Shown here: positions 55,886 to 64,000 of the stretch, piece by piece
Position numbering within the stretch: position 1 is the stretch's first letter
Layout of the letters: every line of letters starts with the position of its first letter
Source of the DNA: a bacterium
GTDB lineage: Bacteria; Lindowbacteria; 2-12-FULL-62-27
Direction of reading: 5' to 3'
Assembly: GCA_016202645.1 (NCBI GenBank)
Contig: JACQOF010000003.1
Coordinates: 27,375-91,374 of the forward strand
Length of the DNA stretch: 64,000 nucleotides
The notes under the pieces: model-generated
What the model saw: the letters and a program-made list of their open reading frames with translations, nothing else
What the model was told of the DNA's origin: nothing
The model's database searches: none
Program-made: the position numbers and the translations under genes

Positions 55886-56821
55886 ATGCGGATTCTCGTC
55901 ACCGGCGGCGCGGGGTTTTTGGGCTCGCATCTCTGCGGCCGGTTTCTGGCGGAAGGCGAACAGGTCATCTGCATGGACAATCTTCTGACCGGAGACAAAA
56001 AAAACATCGCGGGATTTTTGAAAAATAAACGGTTCAAATTCGTCAAGCACGACGTCTCCCAGCACATCAAACTGCCCGGAGCCCTCGACTGGATCCTGCA
56101 CTTCGCGTCCCCGGCCAGCCCCGTCGACTACGCCAAATATCCGATCCCGACCCTCAAGGTCGGTTCTCTCGGGACGCACAACGCGCTGGGACTTGCGCGC
56201 GCCAAGTCCGCCAAGTTTCTGCTTGCGTCGACGTCGGAAATTTACGGCGATCCGGCCGTGTCGCCCCAGCCGGAATCCTACTGGGGGAACGTCAATTGCA
56301 TCGGCCCGCGTGGGGTGTACGACGAGGCGAAGCGCTTCGCGGAAGCCATCACCATGGCCTATCACCGCATCCACGGCCTCGACACCCGCATCGTCCGGAT
56401 CTTCAACACCTACGGCCCCCGCATGAAACTATCGGACGGCAGGCTCATCCCGAACATGCTCGTCCAGACCGTCCGGGGCGAGCCTCTCACCGTCTACGGC
56501 GACGGCAAACAGACGCGGTCATTTTGTTATGTGGACGATCTGGTCGAAGGCATCGTTCGGCTCATGAACTCGAACATCCACGACCCGGTCAACATCGGCA
56601 ACCCGGAGGAACGGACGATCCTCGATTTCGTGAAAGCTCTCGAAGGCCTCGCCGGAAAACGCCTCGCCGTGAAACACCTCCCCCTCCCGCAGGACGACCC
56701 GAAAGTCCGCTGTCCCAACATCACAATCGCGCAAAAAAAACTCGGCTGGACCCCGAGCGTCGAACTCAAGGACGGCCTCGCGCGCACCTTGACGGATTTT
56801 CGATCTAGGATAACCTCCTGA
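55886..56821 (+). CDS. UDP-glucuronate decarboxylase (UDP-xylose synthase, SDR family)
   Basis: N-terminal [14 protein letters not shown] and the YDEAK catalytic motif. The sequence shows high similarity to the UXS family, and it is adjacent to ugd. Confidence 0.85.
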   Translation: MRILVTGGAGFLGSHLCGRFLAEGEQVICMDNLLTGDKKNIAGFLKNKRFKFVKHDVSQHIKLPGALDWILHFASPASPVDYAKYPIPTLKVGSLGTHNALGLARAKSAKFLLASTSEIYGDPAVSPQPESYWGNVNCIGPRGVYDEAKRFAEAITMAYHRIHGLDTRIVRIFNTYGPRMKLSDGRLIPNMLVQTVRGEPLTVYGDGKQTRSFCYVDDLVEGIVRLMNSNIHDPVNIGNPEERTILDFVKALEGLAGKRLAVKHLPLPQDDPKVRCPNITIAQKKLGWTPSVELKDGLARTLTDFRSRITS

Positions 56822-56822
56822 C

Positions 56823-56906
56823 CGTGCGTCCCCGATGCTTGGATCGGAGAGTTTTGCCATCCTTGGCAAAACTGGGTTGAGGCATCGGGGACAATACATC
56901 CCTGTA
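56823..56906 (+). other. nested-hairpin structured element upstream of tRNA-Glu
   Basis: The outer 11-bp stem is GTCCCCGATGC ... GCATCGGGGAC. It encloses a perfect 10-bp inner hairpin, AGTTTTGCCA-TCCT-TGGCAAAACT. Confidence 0.3.
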
Positions 56907-56907
56907 C

Positions 56908-56983
56908 GGCGCCATCGTCTAGGGGCCCAGGACACCGCCCTCTCAAGGCGGGAACACGGGTTCAAATCCCGTTGGCGCTACCA
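56908..56983 (+). tRNA. tRNA-Glu (anticodon CUC), CCA encoded
   Basis: A hand-folded cloverleaf was checked for acceptor stem, U8 and D, anticodon and T arms. The anticodon loop reads CTCTCAA. The sequence is closely similar to E. coli tRNA-Glu, and the T-arm reads GGTTCAAATCC. Confidence 0.85.
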
Positions 56984-57024
56984 AATTATTGACAGGTCTT
57001 CGGAACACATGTGATACTCTGATC

Positions 57025-57615
57025 ATGATCACGGTTATCAGCATTGAGCCGACGCCGAATCCCAACGCGCTGAAATTTATTGTGAGCGAATCGTTTGTGC
57101 CGAATGGCGCGACCGTCACCTATAACAGTAGCCGGGACGCCGGGGTTGATCCGCTGGGGGCGGGGCTGTTTCGGATTCAGGGTGTGACGTCGGTATTTTA
57201 TATGGATGATTTCATCACGGTCACAAAATCCGGGGATGTTCCCTGGGAGGACATCGTCGAGGAGGCGGAAGGTCTCATCGGTTCGACGGCGCCCGTGCTG
57301 GTCGACCTCGGACCCATGAGCGATCCTTCCGCGGCGGCTTCGGCCGCCCCAGCCGCGGATGGCATCGCGTTCGATGCAATGTCTGCGGAAGAGCGGCTGG
57401 GACGCATCAATCAAATTCTCGATGATGAAATCCGGCCCGCGCTCGCCGGGGACGGCGGCGGCCTTCAAGTCCTCGGCATTGCCGGCGATCGGGTCCGGGT
57501 CCACTACCAGGGCGCGTGCGGCAGTTGTCCCACCTCCACCGCGGGCACGCTCATGTATATCGAAACCCGCCTGAGGGAACTGCTCAGCGGCAAGTTGACC
57601 CTCTCGCCGGAATAG
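57025..57615 (+). CDS. Nfu/NifU-type Fe-S cluster scaffold protein (Nfu_N + NifU_C)
   Basis: The C-terminal GACGSCPTS CxxC motif is typical of the NifU C-terminal domain. The N-terminal domain resembles Nfu_N. Confidence 0.75.
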   Translation: MITVISIEPTPNPNALKFIVSESFVPNGATVTYNSSRDAGVDPLGAGLFRIQGVTSVFYMDDFITVTKSGDVPWEDIVEEAEGLIGSTAPVLVDLGPMSDPSAAASAAPAADGIAFDAMSAEERLGRINQILDDEIRPALAGDGGGLQVLGIAGDRVRVHYQGACGSCPTSTAGTLMYIETRLRELLSGKLTLSPE

Positions 57616-57633
57616 ATCCAACGCTCCGATCCG

Positions 57634-57966
57634 TTGACAGCGGCGCCGACACCCGTGGAGATCACCCGGGCGAATGTTCACGATGTGCGGATTCTCTGGA
57701 ACGACGGGCACGAAAGCGTTTTCCCGGCCCGTGACCTGCGGCTCGCCTGCTCCTGCGCGGTCTGCGTCCACGAGATGACAGGCCAGTCCCTGCTCGATCC
57801 GAAAGCGGTCCCGCGGGATGTCCGCCCTCTCAAAATCCTTCCGGTGGGACGATACGCCATCCAGATTTTCTGGAGCGACAACCACAATACCGGCCTCTAC
57901 GCTTTCGACAGTCTCCGGCGGCTGTGTCCCTGCGCCGCGTGCGTGAGCAGCGCGTCCGCCAACTAG
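57634..57966 (+). CDS. DUF971 (GBBH-like N-terminal domain) protein
   Basis: TTG start. Two copies of the W-x-D-x-H ... Cys-containing half-domain (ILWNDGHES...LACSCAVC and IFWSDNHNT...LCPCAAC). Confidence 0.65.
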   Translation: MTAAPTPVEITRANVHDVRILWNDGHESVFPARDLRLACSCAVCVHEMTGQSLLDPKAVPRDVRPLKILPVGRYAIQIFWSDNHNTGLYAFDSLRRLCPCAACVSSASAN

Positions 57967-57967
57967 A

Positions 57968-58618
57968 ATGCACCACCTCTTCCTCAATCTCGCCTACCTC
58001 TTCATGGCCGCGGCCCTCACGGTCCGGCACATGTTCCGTCTGCGTCTCCTGCTCCTGGCGTCGCAGGCCTCCTTCATCACCTACGCCTGCCTGGTCTCCA
58101 ATCTCGAAATGACGGTTTGGAACACGGTCTTCATCGCCGTCAACGTCTCGCAAGTCGTGCGGCTCTGGCGCGAGTCCCGGCCGATCGAACTGCCGGAGGA
58201 ACTCGAAAGAATGCACCAATTGGTTTTTTCGATCATGTCCCGCCGGGAATTCCTCTATTTCTGGGAGACGGGAATCATCCGCGAAGTCAATAACACGGAC
58301 CTGATCCGGGAGGGCGAGCCGCAGAAGGAACTGTCGCTGATCATCGACGGCGACGTGCGCGTGATCAAGTCCGGCCACGAAGTCGCGCATCTCACCGCCG
58401 GGCACTTCATCGCCGAAATCAGTTTCCTGACCGACGAGCCGGCCTCCGCGGACGTCAAAGCCGCCGGCCCTGTCCGATACATCGGCTGGGACCAGGAGAA
58501 ACTCTCGGCCCTGCACCAGGTCAACCGGGACCTCATGATCAAACTTCAGGCGATTTTGGGGAAGGATCTCTCCAACAAACTCAAAGTGTTGACGGCGGCG
58601 AAGGCGGGGAAATTCTGA
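57968..58618 (+). CDS. membrane-anchored cyclic-nucleotide-binding domain protein (3 TM + cNMP domain)
   Basis: Three N-terminal TM helices. The C-terminal cNMP-binding domain carries the ...GHFIAEISFLTDEPASADV phosphate-binding cassette. Confidence 0.65.
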   Translation: MHHLFLNLAYLFMAAALTVRHMFRLRLLLLASQASFITYACLVSNLEMTVWNTVFIAVNVSQVVRLWRESRPIELPEELERMHQLVFSIMSRREFLYFWETGIIREVNNTDLIREGEPQKELSLIIDGDVRVIKSGHEVAHLTAGHFIAEISFLTDEPASADVKAAGPVRYIGWDQEKLSALHQVNRDLMIKLQAILGKDLSNKLKVLTAAKAGKF

Positions 58619-58623
58619 GCCGC

Positions 58624-58696
58624 AGCCGGCGGGCGGAATCGAACCGCCGACCTGCTCATTACAAGTGAGCTGCTCTGCCGTCTGAGCTACGCCGGC
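58624..58696 (-). tRNA. tRNA-Thr (anticodon UGU), CCA not encoded
   Basis: The reverse complement folds as GCCGGCG-TA-GCTCAGACGGCAGAGC-A-GCTCA-CTTGTAA-TGAGC-AGGTC-GGCGGTTCGATTCCGCC-CGCCGGC-T. Confidence 0.85.
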
Positions 58697-58742
58697 ACGA
58701 GTTGAGTATCACAAAGTGCGGGGATGAAGAAAAGAGAAAAAA

Positions 58743-61700
58743 TCAGGCGACGCTGACGGGTTCTTCCTCCGGGGTGGGTGCGTCGGAGGGCGCTTCGCCC
58801 TGTTTGACGCTTAGGAGCGCCAGGATCTTCTCGGCATCCATCGGGCGGCCGTCCAGTTGCGACCTGTAGGGTTTCAGGCCTGTGCCGGCCGGGATGAGGT
58901 GGCCGATGATGACGTTTTCCTTCAGGCCCCGCAGCATGTCTTTCGATCCGCTGATGGCGGCGTCGGTGAGGACGCGGCGGGTTTCCTGGAAGGACGCGGC
59001 GGAGATGAAGCTTTCCGTCTCAAGCGAGACTTTCGTGATGCCGAGCAGGACCGGCGTGAAGGAGGCCGGCTTCTTGCCCTGCCGGATCAGAGCCTCGTTG
59101 GCTTCCTTCAGGACAAAGCGGTCGACAAGGCTTCCGATTGAAAATTCCGAATCGCCCTGGTCCTTGATCTCGACCTTCCGCAGCATCTGCCGCACGATGA
59201 TCTCGATGTGCTTGTCGTTGAGATCGACGCCCTGCCGCCGGTAGACTTCCTGGACCTCATTCACGAGATACAACATCAGGCCCTTGATCTCCTTCACGTT
59301 TAAAATATCGTGCGGATTGACGGGGCCGTCGGTCAGCGGCTCGCCCTGCTTGACTGTGTCTCCCTCGCGGACCTTGAGATACCGGCCGAGCGGGATGTCG
59401 TATTCCTTTTTGACGCCAGTTTCGGTGTTGGTGACGACGACCTTGCGGTGCCCGGCTTTGACCTTCTTGGCGTCAAACCCGATCACGCCGTCGATGTGGG
59501 AGATAAAGGCATCCTTCGGGGTCTTGCCGCGCGCCTCGAACAGTTCCTCCACGCGCGGGAGGCCGCCGGTGATGTCTTTCGTTTTGGACAGTTCGCGCGG
59601 GATCTTGGCGATGACGTCCCCGACGCGGATCTTTTTCATGTCGTCAGTCTCCAGAATACACCCGTAGGGCAGGTCATAGGTTACCGGCACCTTGCGGCTG
59701 GGCGATTCCATCGTCACGCGCGGCAGCAGCTTCTTTTCGCGGTCTTCGACAATTTCCTTGCGAATGAGGCCGGTCGACTCGTCCACGATTTCCTTGAATG
59801 TCCGGCTCTCGATGACGTCCTGAAAGAGTGTCGTGCCGTCGACTTCGGAAAGGATGGTGTCGTTGTAGGGATCGAATTCGGCGATGATGTTTCCCGCCGG
59901 CACCAACGCATCCGGATCGACATGGATGCGCGTGCCGATTTTGACATCATAGAACTGTTCGGCGCCCATCACGAGGATACTGCCCTCGCGCAGGTAAACC
60001 ACGCCGTCTTCCGGCGATTTGAACTCCTCGCCCTTGCCGCCGCCCGAAACGCCAATGACGTCGCCGCGTTTGACCCAGAGTCCGTCGAAGACCTTCGGCT
60101 TGATTTCCTTCGTCTCAAATCTCACCTTCACCTTGCGCACGGCCAGCTTGCCGTCCCGGATCACGATCCGGAAGTCCAGTTTCCCCTCCGAGCGCTCGAT
60201 GGTCCGCTCCGGGAACTCGGTGACGAGGACGTCGTAGGTGAGCTGAAGTTCGCGGGTGGCGCCGCCGACCGCAATTCCGCCGATGTGAAACGTCCGCATC
60301 GTGAGCTGTGTGCCGGGCTCGCCGATCGACTGCGCCGCGATGACCCCGACCGCCTCGCCGATGTCGGCGAGTTGGCCGGTGGCGAGGTTCCGCCCGTAAC
60401 AGAGCTGGCAGATCCCGCGACGGGACTCGCAGGAAAGCACCGACCGGATGAACACTTTCTCAACGCCCGAATCCTCGATCTTGGACGCCAGCTGTTCGCC
60501 GACCAGCGTATTGGCCTTGGCGAGAACCTCGCCGGTATCCTGATGCACGACGTCCTCCTGAAGCACGCGGCCGAGAATCCGGTCGGCGAGGGACTCGATG
60601 AGTTCCTCGCCCTCGCGAATGGCTGCGACGTAAATGCCGTCGAGGGTGCCGCAGTCGTGGCCTTCGATCACAAGTTCCTGCGCGACGTCGACCAGCCGGC
60701 GGGTGAGATATCCGGCGTCGGCGGTCTTGAGGGCGGTATCGGCGAGACCCTTGCGGGCGCCGTGGGTGGAGATGAAGTACTCGAGGACGGTAAGGCCCTC
60801 TTTGAAATTGGATTTAATCGGAAGTTCGATGATCTCGCCCGAAGGTTTGGCCATGAGGCCGCGGATGCCGGCGAGCTGACGGGCCTGGTCGATGTTTCCG
60901 CGGGCGCCGCTGAAGGTCATCATGTAAACGGGATTGAATCCGTCCTTGTCCTTGACCATCTCCTCCACCATGGCGGCCGTGATGTCCTTGGTGACTTTCG
61001 ACCAGATGTCGATCGACCGGTTGTGGAGTTCCTCCTGGGTCAATTTGCCGGCGAGGTACAGGTCCTGGTACCGCTGGACCTCGGCCTCGGCGCTCTGGAG
61101 GATGGGCTTCTTTTTTTGCGGCACGATGAGGTCGTCGAAATATCCGATGGAGCACCCCATGCGGGTGGCGTAGGTGTATCCAAGCCGTTTGATGCTGTCG
61201 AGGATCGAAATGGTGGTGTAGGCGCCGCGGCGGGTCAGGATGTCGGAAACGACGTTCGAGAGAAATTTTTTGGTCATGGTCTCGTTGACGTAGGCCTCGT
61301 CGGCCGGCAGAACGTCGTTGAAAATCGCGCGTCCGGCGGTCGTGATGTACCGGCTGCCCTTGGCGCGGAGGAAGATCCACTGGTGGAAACTGATCAGGCC
61401 GGCGTCAATGGCATGCAGGATCTCGTCCGTATCCCGGAACATGGAAAGTCCCTTCGGCGATTCGGGCTTCTGCCCCTTGGGCCGCGTGAGATAATGGATT
61501 CCCAGCACGATGTCCTGGGTCGGAGCGGCGATGCACTTGCCGTTGGCCGGCGAAAAAAGGTTGTTGGTCGAGAGCATCAGGATGCGGGCCTCGATCCGGG
61601 CGAGTTTGGACAGCGGGACGTGGACGGCCATCTGGTCGCCGTCGAAATCGGCGTTGAAGGCGCTGCAAACGAGCGGATGGAGCCGCATGGCTTTGCCCTC

Positions 61701-63056
61701 GATCATGACGGGCTCGAATCCCTGAATGCCGAGCCGGTGAAGGGTCGGCGCGCGGTTGAGCAGGACGGTGTGGCCTTCGATGACTTCCTCGAGCGCGTCC
61801 CAGACTTCGGGCGACTCGGCCTCGATTTTTTTCTTCGCTCCCTTGATGTTGTGCACCAGGCCCTTGTCGAGGAGTTTGCCCATGACGAAGGGTTTGAAGA
61901 GTTCGAGGGCCATGCGTTTGGGCAGGCCACACTGGTTGATCTTGAGTTCGGGTCCGATGACGATGACGGCGCGGCCGGAGTAGTCGACGCGCTTGCCGAG
62001 GAGGTTCTGCCGGAAGCGGCCCTGCTTGCCTTTCAGAAGATCTGTGAGGGACTTGAGGGGGCGGTTGCCGACGCCGCGGACGAGGCGGCCGTGCTGGCCG
62101 TTGTCGAAGAGCGCGTCGACGGCCTCCTGGAGCATCCGCTTTTCATTCTTGATGATGATGTCCGGCGCCTTGTGCTCGATCAGCCGCTTCAGCCGGTTGT
62201 TCCGGTTGATGAGGCGGCGGTAGAGGTCGTTGATGTCCGACGTAGCGAACCGGCCGCCCTCGAGCTGGACCATCGGCCGGAGGTCCGGCGGGATGACGGG
62301 CACGGCGCTCAGGATCATCCAGTCGGGGCTGTTGCTGGACCGCTGGAGAGCGACGCACATTTCGTAAAGCTTGGACAATTTTTTCTTCTTCTGGACGGAC
62401 CGCGATCGCTTGAGCTGTTTCCACGTGTCCTCCGCCAGGGCCTTGAGGTCGATTTCGTCCAGAAGTTTCTTGACGGCCTCGGCGCCGATGCCGACTTCGA
62501 AATTCTTGCCGTACCGGGCCTTGAGCTTCCGGATTTCCTGATCGCTTGTGACGGTAATCAGCTGTTTTTTCTTGTACTCCTTGGATGTCCCGGGATGGAG
62601 AACGACATAGTTTTCATAGTAGACAACGCTTTCGAGTTCCTTGGGGCGCATGTCGAGGAGCATCCCGATCCGGGACGGGGTGCCCTTGAGAAACCAGATG
62701 TGCGTGACGGGCACGACGAGCTTGATGTGCCCCATGCGGACGCGCCGAACCTTCGAGGTGGTCACTTCGACTTTACAGCGGTCGCAGACAATCCCCTTGA
62801 ATCGGATGTTCTTGTACTTGCCGCAGTAGCACTCCCAGTCTTTGGACGGCCCGAAAATCCGCTCGCAAAAAAGCCCTCCGGGCTCGGGTTTCGACGTACG
62901 GTAGTTGATGGTCTCGGGCTTCTTCACTTCGCCGTAGGACCACTTCATGATTTTTTCCGGCGATGCGATCCGAATCGCGATGCTGCCGAATTCCTGGATG
63001 GTCGGTTCGAACTGGGGCCGGTTTGAGGCCGGCGGGGTAAAGGGACTGCCGTTCAA
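58743..63056 (-). CDS. rpoC: DNA-directed RNA polymerase subunit beta'
   Basis: 1437 aa. The zinc-binding Cys cluster is near the N-terminus. The catalytic NADFDGD motif and the universally conserved beta' domains are present. Confidence 0.95.
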   Translation of the reverse strand: MNGSPFTPPASNRPQFEPTIQEFGSIAIRIASPEKIMKWSYGEVKKPETINYRTSKPEPGGLFCERIFGPSKDWECYCGKYKNIRFKGIVCDRCKVEVTTSKVRRVRMGHIKLVVPVTHIWFLKGTPSRIGMLLDMRPKELESVVYYENYVVLHPGTSKEYKKKQLITVTSDQEIRKLKARYGKNFEVGIGAEAVKKLLDEIDLKALAEDTWKQLKRSRSVQKKKKLSKLYEMCVALQRSSNSPDWMILSAVPVIPPDLRPMVQLEGGRFATSDINDLYRRLINRNNRLKRLIEHKAPDIIIKNEKRMLQEAVDALFDNGQHGRLVRGVGNRPLKSLTDLLKGKQGRFRQNLLGKRVDYSGRAVIVIGPELKINQCGLPKRMALELFKPFVMGKLLDKGLVHNIKGAKKKIEAESPEVWDALEEVIEGHTVLLNRAPTLHRLGIQGFEPVMIEGKAMRLHPLVCSAFNADFDGDQMAVHVPLSKLARIEARILMLSTNNLFSPANGKCIAAPTQDIVLGIHYLTRPKGQKPESPKGLSMFRDTDEILHAIDAGLISFHQWIFLRAKGSRYITTAGRAIFNDVLPADEAYVNETMTKKFLSNVVSDILTRRGAYTTISILDSIKRLGYTYATRMGCSIGYFDDLIVPQKKKPILQSAEAEVQRYQDLYLAGKLTQEELHNRSIDIWSKVTKDITAAMVEEMVKDKDGFNPVYMMTFSGARGNIDQARQLAGIRGLMAKPSGEIIELPIKSNFKEGLTVLEYFISTHGARKGLADTALKTADAGYLTRRLVDVAQELVIEGHDCGTLDGIYVAAIREGEELIESLADRILGRVLQEDVVHQDTGEVLAKANTLVGEQLASKIEDSGVEKVFIRSVLSCESRRGICQLCYGRNLATGQLADIGEAVGVIAAQSIGEPGTQLTMRTFHIGGIAVGGATRELQLTYDVLVTEFPERTIERSEGKLDFRIVIRDGKLAVRKVKVRFETKEIKPKVFDGLWVKRGDVIGVSGGGKGEEFKSPEDGVVYLREGSILVMGAEQFYDVKIGTRIHVDPDALVPAGNIIAEFDPYNDTILSEVDGTTLFQDVIESRTFKEIVDESTGLIRKEIVEDREKKLLPRVTMESPSRKVPVTYDLPYGCILETDDMKKIRVGDVIAKIPRELSKTKDITGGLPRVEELFEARGKTPKDAFISHIDGVIGFDAKKVKAGHRKVVVTNTETGVKKEYDIPLGRYLKVREGDTVKQGEPLTDGPVNPHDILNVKEIKGLMLYLVNEVQEVYRRQGVDLNDKHIEIIVRQMLRKVEIKDQGDSEFSIGSLVDRFVLKEANEALIRQGKKPASFTPVLLGITKVSLETESFISAASFQETRRVLTDAAISGSKDMLRGLKENVIIGHLIPAGTGLKPYRSQLDGRPMDAEKILALLSVKQGEAPSDAPTPEEEPVSVA

Positions 63057-63069
63057 CGGGGTTCCTCCT

Positions 63070-64000
<931 letters not shown>

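Noticed and set aside
58697-58742. Possible terminator between rpoC and tRNA-Thr (T-rich on the minus strand: GATTTTTTCTCTTTTCTTCATCCCCGCAC)
   Set aside because: No convincing GC-rich stem precedes the T-run, so it is not called as a feature.

Overview
This is a high-GC bacterial chromosomal window from a Gram-negative-type organism. The outer-membrane indicators are a TonB-ExbBD system, a TonB-dependent receptor, a LolA-like protein and lipobox lipoproteins. Genes are tightly packed, with many ATGA start/stop overlaps. Four blocks can be separated. (1) A 13-gene minus-strand operon (1743-16385) built around a TonB-dependent receptor and a periplasmically targeted CobN-like chelatase. It resembles hmuYRSTUV-type metallo-tetrapyrrole salvage loci but carries extra ABC and PepSY components. 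(2) A second long minus-strand operon (31181-40484): GntR regulator, ABC ATPase, ABC-2 permease with a large extracytoplasmic domain, ComEA-like protein with a duplicated Cys-motif domain, membrane protein, LolA-like protein, and an MMPL/RND transporter fused to a cNMP-binding domain. (3) An accessory stretch (40.5-49 kb) with TPR lipoproteins, an M19 dipeptidase, an AT-rich M23 peptidase and Kelch-domain genes, and a PadR module. (4) A housekeeping block: ileS-lspA-rluA, rph-rdgB, ugd-uxs, tRNA-Glu, nfu, DUF971, tRNA-Thr, rpoC and partial rpoB. I found no CRISPR array, transposase or phage genes. Several small regulatory palindromes and a dispersed 31-bp REP-like repeat are noted. All functional calls rest on remembered family signatures seen in the translations; no database search was possible.
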